From an uncultured Gammaproteobacteria bacterium (lineage in GTDB: Bacteria > Pseudomonadota > Gammaproteobacteria > JAURND01): a stretch of DNA of 64,000 nucleotides. This document shows, piece after piece, positions 10,870-20,191 of this stretch. Each line of letters opens with the position of its first letter. The first letter of the stretch is position 1. A program made the position numbers and the translations under genes. Under the pieces are notes generated by a model. It ran no database searches. It worked only from the letters and a program-made list of their open reading frames with translations, and was not told where the DNA came from. Location: assembly GCA_963714975.1 (NCBI GenBank), contig CAVQQD010000003.1:352001-416000 (forward strand), given 5' to 3'.

Positions 10870-11418
10870 AATTTGCGTTTCTGGATCCCGTCGACTGATA
10901 GCATATTGAGGATTCAGAGGCTGGAGTATCAATTCATTACCATCTTTGTTCAATAACCGTATTTTTAATGAATCCTTTATTCTAACTAATACCATGTCGC
11001 CTAATTCTGCTTGGATATCGGTATGAATAATTAACAGATCCCCAGGGCAAATGCTTTGCGCAATGTGTAGAGAAGAAATCATTGCGCTGCCTTCCATCTT
11101 GAGGCAAAAAATTTTTTCGGGAATATTGAGGGCTTGGATATTGTCTATCGTCAACAGGGGGGCGGGGATATGGCTAGAGGCTTGTTTTTGCGCATTATCA
11201 TGGTCCTCATGTACTAAATCTAACCAACCAACTGGTTTATCCAGCGCAGCTTCTAATTTTCTGGCTAATTTATCGCCAATTTTACCTTTAGTTCGATTGC
11301 TCAATATTTGGCTAAGATATGCAGGGCTAGTATTGGCAGCAAAAGCTAAAGAAGTAGCCGTTTTGGTTTCTTTTAATAATTTACGTAAATTGAGTAGTCT
11401 TATTGCTTTATTATCCAT
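10825..11418 (-). CDS. CI/LexA-like repressor (XRE HTH + S24-like domain)
   Basis: IRLLNLRKL..SPAYLSQIL..IGDKLARKLE..GWLD HTH; GSAM..PGD..LQPLNPQY S24-like region. Confidence 0.85.
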   Translation of the reverse strand: MDNKAIRLLNLRKLLKETKTATSLAFAANTSPAYLSQILSNRTKGKIGDKLARKLEAALDKPVGWLDLVHEDHDNAQKQASSHIPAPLLTIDNIQALNIPEKIFCLKMEGSAMISSLHIAQSICPGDLLIIHTDIQAELGDMVLVRIKDSLKIRLLNKDGNELILQPLNPQYAISRRDPETQILGVITEVRRPLRGF

Positions 11419-11456
11419 AGTCTGCTGGGTTATCTCGATGTTTTATTAGAGTGCAT

Positions 11457-11489
11457 ACTGTACTCCCTTAAGATTAAGCGAATATTAAC
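11457..11489 (-). promoter_or_regulatory. PmrA-type box plus -10 element upstream of the repressor
   Basis: Minus strand GTTAATATT-CG-CTTAATCTT-N7-TACAGT. Confidence 0.7.
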
Positions 11490-11598
11490 TCATTGGGCAA
11501 TTGCAAAATAATCGGCTATATTTAGGTATGAGTATTTTTATAACTATAAATAAGGAAAGGTTTTTGTAGCCTAAATCAAACATAGGGAGGATTTAATT

Positions 11599-12117
11599 AT
11601 GATTACTACTAAATTAATGACCGCTATAATGGTTGCAGGTATTACTGCAGGATTGAGTGGCGTTTTAACGGTGGCTAATGCTGCAACTGCATCTTCGAAT
11701 GCTTCTGCTATACCTAATGCTTCTGTTATACCTGATACCTCGGCTTCTGCCACACCGAGTGCTTCGGTTTCACCTAATGCTTCGGCCATACCGGCATCCA
11801 CAGGAGCATCTAACTCGGCTCAACCAATGAGTAGTGAGCAAATGCAAACCAAACCACATGCAAAGCCTCATAATATCCCTAAACACCATCACGTATCGAA
11901 GAATTCTGCGTCGGCGTCTGCGTCTGTTCATAAGAAAGCGTCTGTTCATAAGATATCTACGACATCAGCGTCGAAACCTCCACTCAAGCCAAAAACTGAA
12001 AATGGAGGTTTGAGGAAAGGTTTCCAACAGCCGGTGTCTGGCACTGAAGCCCAAGGACAGGCCAGCCAAATTCCAACCCAAACTCAAGGGCAGCAAAACC
12101 CAAACACAAGACCATAA
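11599..12117 (+). CDS. Exported low-complexity Ala/Ser/His/Lys-rich protein
   Basis: Signal peptide ending ANA-A; NASAIP-type repeats; strong GGGAGG RBS. Confidence 0.75.
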   Translation: MITTKLMTAIMVAGITAGLSGVLTVANAATASSNASAIPNASVIPDTSASATPSASVSPNASAIPASTGASNSAQPMSSEQMQTKPHAKPHNIPKHHHVSKNSASASASVHKKASVHKISTTSASKPPLKPKTENGGLRKGFQQPVSGTEAQGQASQIPTQTQGQQNPNTRP

Positions 12118-12139
12118 ACTTGCTTGCTTAAACTCAGTG

Positions 12140-12179
12140 ATCCCCCAGGCCCTTGGAAAAAGGGATGGGGGATTATTTT
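12140..12179. terminator. Hairpin between convergent genes, likely terminator
   Basis: ATCCCCCA...TGGGGGAT stem followed by TATTTT. Confidence 0.5.
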
Positions 12180-12209
12180 CGTTGCGTTGCGTACCTTGAA
12201 GCTGGCTGG

Positions 12210-14729
12210 TTATGAAATGTTGGACTGTGACGTTGCGAGCGTTGAAGGTGAGGTTGTTCGGTTGAAGCTAGTGCTATTGGAGCGTTGCCCGGTTGGTGTG
12301 ACTGCTCCGGTTAAGTTGAAGCTATCCCAGTTACTATTATTCAACTGACGTGCTGCAACTAAGCTGCCTTGTGTAGAGGTTCTTATAACTGCTGCTCCTA
12401 GAGGGTCTTGGCGCAGGTCATCACTGGAACTGGTTGACGGTTTTCCTGGACTCGCAGGTACTACAAGCCTATGCAGGTTCGGGATCGATGCGTGACCTAT
12501 TCCGTTGCTTGCAGTAAGTGTGGAAGGACGCCTTGGTTCTGCGGGTGGTAAACCTAAATCGAGCTGCTGTGGTATTTCTTGAAGCATAGGAGTGTCTGCT
12601 CTGTGAGGCTTATCGAGCTTTTTATCAGGATTGCGCAATGCTTTATTACAATATTTATAAGTGTCCTCAGGAATAGTAGACTGAGGTGGGGCGCTGAGCA
12701 TCCCAGCTTTGGTTACTTGCTCCCATTTGTTTAGCATCGAAACGGTAGAAGGAGGCAGACTTTTGAAGATTCCTGTGATCATCTCGGTAATTGCTTGCAT
12801 GTTTTCAAGCATTACCGTCGCGGCATTGGCAACAAAAGAGGATTCCACACGAGTTACTTTGTCTGCTCTGTCCCAAAAAGTTACCGAACTTTCATCTACT
12901 TGCACTCCCGCGCAATTGTTATTTTCGGGGGAGCGATTATGTTTAAATTGGGTCAATTCTCTGACTTTAATAATCCGCGGATCACCGCTGCTGATTTTTT
13001 TCCCTAACCCACTGTTTGGAAGATAACTTCCAAAAAATTGGTAGAGCTTTTCGCCAGTAAAGATCCAAGAGCCGATGGTATTAAAAATAGCTATTAGAAA
13101 AAATGTGCTCAGCATGATGGCATGATTATGAATCATACCGCCTACTTCAGAAATGTAGGGGTCCAGCGCGCCAGTGACAGATCGCATTGAGTTACCTAAG
13201 CCGCCAAAAGTGGCCCAATTCCCGAAACCGACTAGTCCGAGTGAAAGAGTCATGGCAACAGCTTTCCAGATCGCGGTGCCATATTTTCCTGCATTCCAAG
13301 GTTCAGCCAGTTCCTTGGATAAAAATTTTTGTGTGTTATCGAAACTAAATTCGCGGCAATATTTCGCTATTTTTGGCCCGAAAATAATACAGGCTTGAAC
13401 AGAAAATATCAGCCCGCAAACGCCACCAGCTACCCAATAAGGCCATTCGAGGCCGCCGAGCTGTGGGTATAGCTTGTAGACGATAGCATAACAAAAAGGG
13501 CCGCCGTAAATTGACATCACTCCCAGGGTAATAAAAACAGTGACGGCTTTTTTAAGCGGTGATAGTTTCTTCTCATCCTTATAAACCGTTTTTAGCTCTT
13601 TTAGAAAATCACGGGTGCTATCGCGAGCCAGTGACCAATTACTATAATAGTTGCTCACAAATATTAAAGCAAAAACCCCAAGCATGGCCAAAATGAGATT
13701 GAGTTCTGTAGGAATTAAATTCCAGCCCTTCATTAAACAGACGGTTGACCAAAAACTAACAAAGGCAGTAGAGGAGCGCCAGAGTGGATAAAGGTATTTA
13801 TTTAGAGTAATGGCGCGAGAATTATTTGTTGCGGCTTTTTCTTTGCGTTTATCTTCTTTTTCTTTGAAGTGTTTTTTATATTTGTCTTCCTCGCCAGCCT
13901 TAATTAGATGGTAAGCATTGGTTTTTCGCTGTTTCGCGGGATCATAGGCAGTTAATCTTGCGGGTTGGGGCTGCTCCAATTCCCTGGCCACGCCGTTGAT
14001 CGCTTTTTTTAACGTTTTTAATGAGGCTTGGTTGTCTTTTTCCCGGGCTGCTATTTGCTCCCTTGCATCATTGCCATAATATTTAAAGGTATGTTCAATA
14101 TGTAGCTTCTCTAGGAACTTCTCCCTATTTTTTTCTTCTTCTTTGCTGAGAGTCTTATCGTCAAGATAATCCCTAAGATATCTTTTGAATGTGTCTTTAT
14201 CCTTAAAAGAGTCAGAGCTAAAGAGAGCATGGTCTAAATTATCTGTATAAAACTTACAGATTTCCTCTTTCATGGTTGCAATTTCGGTATCTCTATTTTT
14301 TTTAATTGCAAAAAAAATCCCGTAGAGACTGTAAGAGGGTTCCCCGTTCTTATCTGGGCGTAATAGGGATGCGGGGTTATCACCTTCTAAAGTGTTTCGT
14401 ATGTCCTTAAGATAATGAGGATACAATACAGATAAAAAGCTTAGAATTTTGTCAAAATTAACTCGGGTGGGATGTTCTTTATCTGGTTCTAGAAAATATC
14501 CATCATCTACGAAACGGCTCCATTCCTTAGAACTGATGATGATAGATTTAGGCTGGGATGGGCTGCCATATCTTTCTTCATAGGCAGCCAGGCGGTGTTG
14601 ATAAAATGCAAAAGCTTGCGGTATTGATTCAGACACCGGACTTGGTGTCCTACTCTCACTTCTACCAATTTTGTCACTATCGCTGGCTGTGCTTTTTTCA
14701 CTTTCCGTGTCTTTATCATCTTGACTCAT
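12210..14729 (-). CDS. Orphan 839-aa polytopic membrane protein, candidate Dot/Icm effector
   Basis: Charged N-terminal half, about 6 hydrophobic segments, disordered Ser/Pro-rich C-terminus; PmrA-type box upstream. Confidence 0.7.
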   Translation of the reverse strand: MSQDDKDTESEKSTASDSDKIGRSESRTPSPVSESIPQAFAFYQHRLAAYEERYGSPSQPKSIIISSKEWSRFVDDGYFLEPDKEHPTRVNFDKILSFLSVLYPHYLKDIRNTLEGDNPASLLRPDKNGEPSYSLYGIFFAIKKNRDTEIATMKEEICKFYTDNLDHALFSSDSFKDKDTFKRYLRDYLDDKTLSKEEEKNREKFLEKLHIEHTFKYYGNDAREQIAAREKDNQASLKTLKKAINGVARELEQPQPARLTAYDPAKQRKTNAYHLIKAGEEDKYKKHFKEKEDKRKEKAATNNSRAITLNKYLYPLWRSSTAFVSFWSTVCLMKGWNLIPTELNLILAMLGVFALIFVSNYYSNWSLARDSTRDFLKELKTVYKDEKKLSPLKKAVTVFITLGVMSIYGGPFCYAIVYKLYPQLGGLEWPYWVAGGVCGLIFSVQACIIFGPKIAKYCREFSFDNTQKFLSKELAEPWNAGKYGTAIWKAVAMTLSLGLVGFGNWATFGGLGNSMRSVTGALDPYISEVGGMIHNHAIMLSTFFLIAIFNTIGSWIFTGEKLYQFFGSYLPNSGLGKKISSGDPRIIKVRELTQFKHNRSPENNNCAGVQVDESSVTFWDRADKVTRVESSFVANAATVMLENMQAITEMITGIFKSLPPSTVSMLNKWEQVTKAGMLSAPPQSTIPEDTYKYCNKALRNPDKKLDKPHRADTPMLQEIPQQLDLGLPPAEPRRPSTLTASNGIGHASIPNLHRLVVPASPGKPSTSSSDDLRQDPLGAAVIRTSTQGSLVAARQLNNSNWDSFNLTGAVTPTGQRSNSTSFNRTTSPSTLATSQSNIS

Positions 14730-14798
14730 AGGTCTGATTCCATAGGGGTTAGTTTTAAACCATCAAATACAACACCCTTCTTATTTTTATAGCTAGAC

Positions 14799-14831
14799 AC
14801 TATACAACAGCTAGCTTAAGTGAACCTTAAA
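14799..14831 (-). promoter_or_regulatory. PmrA-type box plus -10 element
   Basis: Minus strand TTTAAGGTT-CA-CTTAAGCTA-N7-TATAGT. Confidence 0.65.
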
Positions 14832-14931
14832 TACCAGAATTTTTCTTCGTTCCTTTTTATGATTAGTTAGCGAGCGCATTCTTAATGATTTGCTGACATC
14901 TTGTCAAGGGGTTTGCCAAAGTTTCCGTTTA

Positions 14932-15085
14932 GTCCCTCTCCCTCAAGTCCCCTCTCCCCCGCCTGAGCGTTAGCGAAGGAAGGTGGGAGAGGGTTAGGGA
15001 GAGGGGGTGCGGAGGTTGAGACCCCCCCCCCCCCCTCTCCCACCAACAAAAACGGTTGGGGGAGAGGGGACTTGGGGGAAGGGAT
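14932..15085. repeat. Family A palindromic repeat cluster
   Basis: Multiple CCCTCTCCC/GGGAGAGGG arms; CAAGTCCCCTCTCCCC and GGGGAGAGGGGACTTG outer inverted repeat. Confidence 0.8.
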
Positions 15086-15863
15086 TTACCGAGAAATTAC
15101 TTTTAAAATAGGCCCAAGTAGTTTAGGGGTGGCGGCAATGATAGCGCCATTTTCTAAATAGTTTTCGTTGCCTTGCCAATCAGACACGAGTCCACCGGCT
15201 TCTTTCACTAGCAAAGATCCAGCCGCCATATCCCAGGGTTGTATTTTGATTTCCAAGAAAGCATCCAAACGGCCGCTGGCTACGTAAGCGAGATTCTAAG
15301 GCAGCAGAGCCCAAACAGCGAATATTGGAAAGGCGGGGCATCAGTTGTTGGAACTGCTGTAGATAAGGGGGCAAAGCTTCAGGATAACGTACTGGAAAGC
15401 CGGTGCCGATCAGTGCCTGTTCCAGCTGGGTAGTGGGGCTGATGCGGATACGGCGTTCATTCAAACGTGCACCTCCTCCTCGGGAAGCAGTAAAGAGTTC
15501 ATGCCGAATGGGGTCGTAGACTAGACCATGTTCAATTTTTCCTTTGAATTGGAATGCAATAGAAATAGAAAAATGCGGGACCCCTCGGACATAGTTATGA
15601 GTTCCGTCAAGTGGATCAATGAGCCAGACACAATCAGCTTGGCCTTGGTGCAAGCCAGATTCTTCGGCAATAATTTGATGGTCGGGATAGGCTTTTAGGA
15701 TAGTAGCAATGATTTCTTGTTCTGCTTTTTTGTCTACATCGCTGACAAAATCATGCAGGCCTTTTTGCGTGGTGTGAATCATATCAAGGCGCTCCATGGA
15801 GCGTAGTACAACGTTTCCAGCTTTGCGTGAAGCGCTTAAAGCAATATTTAATATCGGGTGCAT
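15086..15863 (-). CDS. suhB: Inositol monophosphatase SuhB; one apparent +1 frameshift near 15295
   Basis: WLIDPLDGT, then GSAAL|[11 protein letters not shown] and PWDMAAG in the next frame; removing one base gives 258 aa. Confidence 0.92.
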
Positions 15864-15935
15864 CAGGTCTCCAGTACGGTATAGCGAAAATGAATTTTTT
15901 CGAGTTTAATAGCAATTGCTGGGAGTTACAATTAC

Positions 15936-16493
15936 ATGATAAAAAGTATTAGTTTGGGTCTGGGCATTTTATGCTTGCTGCTAACTGCTTGCAGCCATCA
16001 GCGGGCGCTGCAAGAGGATTTGGCGCGGCATCAAGCCGCCTATCTGAATGTTAAACTAGCCATGATATATATGCTGCAGCGGCAGGATTTCCCGCGAGCT
16101 AAGCAAAAATTATTACTGGCCCAAAAACAAGCCCCGAAAGATCCGCTGGGGTGGTATAGCATGGGTTATTTTCAGGAATATACCGGCAATAATGCCGCAG
16201 CAGAAGATTGCTATTTGCGGGCTCTGCATTTAGCGCCGCACGATGGGGCCGCCAATAATAATTATGGGGCTTTTTTGTGTCGACAGCGCAGGTATCAGCA
16301 AGGGATTCAGCATTTTTTGTTGGCTCTTAAGGATCCCAATTACCTGCATGTGGCTGATGCTTATGAAAATGCTACGAAGTGTGAATCCCTTCTCCTAAAA
16401 TCCCCCTACCCCCCTTTGAACCCCCTCACCCGCCTTCGGCACCCTCTCCCGCAAGCGGGAGAGGGGATTTTAGGGCTCGAGCGAGACAATTGA
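15936..16493 (+). CDS. pilW: Type IV pilus TPR lipoprotein PilW/PilF-like; C-terminus read through a repeat
   Basis: Lipobox LTAC; TPR motifs; [13 protein letters not shown]. Confidence 0.8.
   Translation: MIKSISLGLGILCLLLTACSHQRALQEDLARHQAAYLNVKLAMIYMLQRQDFPRAKQKLLLAQKQAPKDPLGWYSMGYFQEYTGNNAAAEDCYLRALHLAPHDGAANNNYGAFLCRQRRYQQGIQHFLLALKDPNYLHVADAYENATKCESLLLKSPYPPLNPLTRLRHPLPQAGEGILGLERDN
16385..16471. repeat. Family A repeat at the overlapping 3' ends of pilW and iscS
   Basis: cccctcacccgccttcggcaccctctcccgcaagcgggagagggg. Confidence 0.8.
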
Positions 16494-17601
16494 TTGCAAA
16501 ATCAATTTCATCTTCAGTGGTAAATCGACCTATTGAAAATCGTAAAGAGCTTCTAGCCAAGGCATCACTAAGCCCGATACCACGCAGCACATGAGAAGGC
16601 TCAGCATTAGCAGAGGTGCAGGCTGAGCCAGAAGAAAGAGCTAAGTCCCGTAAAGATTCCAGTAAGTGCAAGGACTCTATCCCGGGGAAGCTAACATTTA
16701 AATTACCTGGTAAGCGCTGCTGCCAATCACCGTTCAGTTGCGCCTTGGTTGCTGTCTGCAGACCTGCCCATAACCGCTGGCGCAAACACAACAAGCGTGC
16801 GGATTCTTGCGGCATTTCGTTACAAGCTAAAGTGACTGCTTCCGCCATGCCCACTATCTGATGCACAGGTAAAGTACCAGGCCGTAGACCCTGCTCTTGT
16901 CCTCCTCCCTGGCTGAGTGGCTCCAGCCGCAAACGTGGCCGACGTCGCAAATAAAGCGCACCTACTCCTTTAGGGCCGTAAAGTTTATGCGCTGAAAAAG
17001 ACATTAAATCCGCCGCCATGGCCTTAACATCAATCGGTATCTTACCCAAACTTTGTGCCGCATCGACATGCAACAAAATTCCGCGTTCACGTGTCAACTG
17101 ACCAATGGCTCGGATGTCTTGAATCACGCCAATTTCGTTATTGGCATGCATAATAGAGACCAATAAAGTATCAGGGCGCAAGGCTTTGATTAATTCGGAA
17201 ATATCAAGCAAGCCATTGCTTTGGGGCGAAAGCATACTGACCTCAAACCCCTCGCGTTGTAATTGGGCACAAGGATCCAGGACTGCTTTATGCTCGGTTT
17301 TAGAGGTGACAATATGCTTACCCTGGCGACGATAAAAATGCGCCGCCCCCTTGATAGCCAGATTATTCGACTCAGTTCCACCCGAAGTCCAAATAATTTC
17401 GTCAGTTTCGGCATTGATTGACTGAGCCAGTTGCTGACGTGCTGTTTCCACCGCTTCTTCAGCGCGCCAACCGTAGGGATGAGTATGCGAAGCAGGGTTG
17501 CCAAAAATCCCATCAGCTCCCAAGTAAGGGAGCATTGCTTGAATCACTCGCGGATCGACTGGAGTGGTGGACATATAATCTAAGTAAATAGGTAATTTCA
17601 T
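16426..17601 (-). CDS. iscS: Cysteine desulfurase
   Basis: [30 protein letters not shown] motifs. Confidence 0.93.
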   Translation of the reverse strand: MKLPIYLDYMSTTPVDPRVIQAMLPYLGADGIFGNPASHTHPYGWRAEEAVETARQQLAQSINAETDEIIWTSGGTESNNLAIKGAAHFYRRQGKHIVTSKTEHKAVLDPCAQLQREGFEVSMLSPQSNGLLDISELIKALRPDTLLVSIMHANNEIGVIQDIRAIGQLTRERGILLHVDAAQSLGKIPIDVKAMAADLMSFSAHKLYGPKGVGALYLRRRPRLRLEPLSQGGGQEQGLRPGTLPVHQIVGMAEAVTLACNEMPQESARLLCLRQRLWAGLQTATKAQLNGDWQQRLPGNLNVSFPGIESLHLLESLRDLALSSGSACTSANAEPSHVLRGIGLSDALARSSLRFSIGRFTTEDEIDFAINCLARALKSPLPLAGEGAEGG

Positions 17602-17649
17602 AGTGATTACGGTATTTGTAACAATTCAATCTCTGCTTATACTGGCCCT

Positions 17650-18081
17650 ATGTCGATACAACGAACTCTAGCTCAAAAAGGTTTCACCTTGCTTGAATTA
17701 ATGATCACCATTGCGATCATTGGTATTTTAGCGGCAATCGCCATTCCTAGCTATCAAGATTACACCCGGCGTGCTGCCTTTACCGAGGTTGTTACCCAAA
17801 TCGCGCCTTATAAGTTGGGAGTCATGCAATGCTTTCAGTTATTGGGCAATTTAATGGGGTGTAATGCCGGAAGCAATGACATTCCAGGGCCGATCAATCA
17901 GGGTCCGGGTCTTGTAAAACAGCTCACCGTGCAAGATGGGGTCATTACCGTGACACCTAACTCGCAAAAAGGAATTACTTCAGCAGATACCTATATCCTT
18001 ACTCCCACACTAACTGAAGAAACAAATGCGCTGCACTGGCACAGCTCTGGCGGGGGAGTGGAAAAGGGTTATGCGCCTTAG
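17650..18081 (+). CDS. pilA: Type IV pilin
   Basis: [11 protein letters not shown] prepilin motif, IAIPSYQDY. Confidence 0.85.
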   Translation: MSIQRTLAQKGFTLLELMITIAIIGILAAIAIPSYQDYTRRAAFTEVVTQIAPYKLGVMQCFQLLGNLMGCNAGSNDIPGPINQGPGLVKQLTVQDGVITVTPNSQKGITSADTYILTPTLTEETNALHWHSSGGGVEKGYAP

Positions 18082-18082
18082 G

Positions 18083-18238
18083 CCCCCTCTCCCTAACCCT
18101 CTCCCACCTTCCCTCGCTGCGCTCGGGTGGGGGAGAGGGAATCTACGGAATCCCCTCTCCCACCTTCCCTCGCTGCGCTCGGGTGGGGGAGAGGGAATCT
18201 ACGGAATCCCCTCTCCAGCTTGCGGGAGAAGGGATTTT
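18083..18238. repeat. Family A repeat array with two exact 56-bp tandem units (18097-18152, 18153-18208) and a variant third unit
   Basis: ccctctcccaccttccctcgctgcgctcgggtgggggagagggaatctacggaatc x2. Confidence 0.88.
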
Positions 18239-18638
18239 TCAGTACCTCCAGTAGGGGAACCAGGACAAATTCGCGTTCATGCATCCGTGGATGGGGGACG
18301 ATTAAGTCTGGTTCTTGGATTACTTCGTTGCCATAGAGCAATAAATCTAAATCTAAAGTCCGCGGCTGATTTTTCTTACCATCGCGTACCCGCCCTTGAG
18401 CTTGTTCAATGGCCAATAAATGGGTTAATAAAGTGCGTGCCGGTAAGTCAGTCTCTAATTGACAGACTGCATTAATAAAATCCGGCTGGTCTGCATAACC
18501 TACCGGTGTAGTCTGATAAAAGCTGGAAGTTGCTAGCACCGCTGTATTGGGCAGTCCCTCCAGTGCCAAAAGCGCACGTTTGATTTGGGCCACTGGATCT
18601 TCTAAATTACTGCCAAGACCGATATAAGCTGTAATCAT
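18093..18638 (-). CDS. folK: 2-amino-4-hydroxy-6-hydroxymethyldihydropteridine diphosphokinase, with a repeat-encoded C-terminal tail
   Basis: AYIGLGSNL, PRTLDLDLL, PHPRMHEREFVLVPL; ATGA overlap with pcnB. Confidence 0.95.
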   Translation of the reverse strand: MITAYIGLGSNLEDPVAQIKRALLALEGLPNTAVLATSSFYQTTPVGYADQPDFINAVCQLETDLPARTLLTHLLAIEQAQGRVRDGKKNQPRTLDLDLLLYGNEVIQEPDLIVPHPRMHEREFVLVPLLEVLKNPFSRKLERGFRRFPLPHPSAAREGGRGDSVDSLSPTRAQRGKVGEG

Positions 18639-19945
18639 TTCTTGGGTGCGCCCGCTCCTATTTTCTGTAGCATTTTTTCTCGCTCTTGAGTCGGCGCATT
18701 TTGATATTGTTTCCACCAGTTGACTGCCTTTTTTAAAGTGGTCTCGCCGGCTGCATAACGTAAGCTTAAAAAATCAAAAGCAGCGCGAAAGCGAGTATGA
18801 ATAAATAGAGGGGCAATGCGCCGTTTCAAGCGCTGCTCTAGCGGGGCTTGCATCATCCAAATTTCTTTCATCAAAACACTATAACGCTTAGGAATTGCCA
18901 CTAATTTCACTTGCTGATTGAGCACTTGGGTAGAGGCCATTAACATCGCTCCATAAGGCTTATGACCTTGCTCGCGATATTCATGCAAATAACCTTGAAT
19001 TGGTGGCCATAATAATACGGCCATTAAAAATGCCGGGTTGAGGCTTTGTTTTTGTGCTAAGCGTGTGTCAGTATTTTTGCAACTTTGCTCAATAAAAGCC
19101 ATGCTATAAGCTTTAGTTTCTTCCCGGTTTAATGTGGCCTCCGTCAGGGGGAATAAAACAGCAAATAATCCATACTCACGTAAGAGCTGAAAACCTTTGG
19201 CGGCGTGGCCACTGTAAAATAATTTCAATAATTCCTCAAATAAGCGGGCATTAGAAACATGCAATAATTCGGTCGATAGTGTCTCAATAGGTTCAGAAGT
19301 TTGAGCGTCTAATTTGAAATTGAGTTTAGCAGCAATGCGCAGAGCGCGAATCATGCGTACTGGGTCTTCTTTATAGCGGTCCACGGGATCGCCCAAAATG
19401 CGAATGATGCCCTTGGCTAAGTCTTCCATGCCGCCGGTGTGGTCAATGACCGAGAAATTATGCGCGTCAAAATACAAGGCATTAATGCTGAAATCACGGC
19501 GCCAAGCATCTTCTTCCATAGAGCCGTAAATGTTATCCCGCACCAACATGCCGGTTGCAGAACGGTGACCATCAGGATGAGAAGCTTCTGGGTGCTGAGC
19601 CCGAAAAGTGGCTACTTCAATAATTTCTCGACCAAAAAATACATGCACGAGTTTAAAGCGCCGCCCGATTAAACGGCTGTTGCGAAACAAACGGTGCACA
19701 GTTTCGGGATGAGCATTGGTGGCAATGTCAAAATCTTTTGGCTGAAGCCCGATCAACAAATCACGGACGCTACCCCCCACAATATACGCTTGATGCCCCG
19801 CTTCTCGGAGGCGATTTATGACCGAAAGCGCATTTTTGCTGATATGCGACTGTACGATGGGATGATTTTCTTTGGGCACCACCACGATATTTTTGAGTGG
19901 CTGCTTTTTATTTTTTATGCGCTTTGTTTTAGCAAGCCCGCGCAT
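18635..19945 (-). CDS. pcnB: Poly(A) polymerase I
   Basis: VGGSVRD, PKDFD, LIGRRFKLVHV signature, RRDFSINAL, FRAAFDFL. Confidence 0.96.
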   Translation of the reverse strand: MRGLAKTKRIKNKKQPLKNIVVVPKENHPIVQSHISKNALSVINRLREAGHQAYIVGGSVRDLLIGLQPKDFDIATNAHPETVHRLFRNSRLIGRRFKLVHVFFGREIIEVATFRAQHPEASHPDGHRSATGMLVRDNIYGSMEEDAWRRDFSINALYFDAHNFSVIDHTGGMEDLAKGIIRILGDPVDRYKEDPVRMIRALRIAAKLNFKLDAQTSEPIETLSTELLHVSNARLFEELLKLFYSGHAAKGFQLLREYGLFAVLFPLTEATLNREETKAYSMAFIEQSCKNTDTRLAQKQSLNPAFLMAVLLWPPIQGYLHEYREQGHKPYGAMLMASTQVLNQQVKLVAIPKRYSVLMKEIWMMQAPLEQRLKRRIAPLFIHTRFRAAFDFLSLRYAAGETTLKKAVNWWKQYQNAPTQEREKMLQKIGAGAPKK

Positions 19946-20010
19946 TATTTCACGAATAAGTTGAATTTTAGCTGCTCCTGGACGTTAAACTTGGTTATAA
20001 TACCAGATCA

Positions 20011-20086
20011 GCTCCCTTCGTCTAGTGGCCTAGGACGTCGCCCTCTCACGGCGCAAACAGGGGTTCGAGTCCCCTAGGGAGCGCCA
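20011..20086 (+). tRNA. tRNA-Glu (anticodon CTC)
   Basis: 76-nt cloverleaf GCTCCCT...AGGGAGC-G-CCA; loop CT-CTC-AC; GGTTCGAGTCC T arm; TATAAT at 19996-20001. Confidence 0.93.
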
Positions 20087-20095
20087 AGCTTATTA

Positions 20096-20170
20096 AATCC
20101 CCTCTTCCGCTTGCGGGAGAGGGTGCCGATCCGGCATACGGCCACCTTCTCCTACGAGGGGAGAAGGAAA
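20096..20170. repeat. Family A palindromic repeat downstream of the tRNA
   Basis: aaatcccctcttccgcttgcgggagaggg...ccttctcctacgaggggagaagg. Confidence 0.75.
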
Positions 20171-20191
20171 TAATAGTGTATTTATAAAATT

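Noticed and set aside
10825-11418. Prophage marked by the CI-like repressor
   Set aside because: No integrase, cro, structural or replication genes, or att sites nearby
18097-18237. Possible CRISPR array
   Set aside because: The units are exact tandem copies with no variable spacers, no cas genes are present, and the sequence belongs to the dispersed palindrome family
20011-20190. tRNA as the integration site of an island carrying dot/icm
   Set aside because: No integrase and no duplicated tRNA 3' end seen; the next gene is the housekeeping carB
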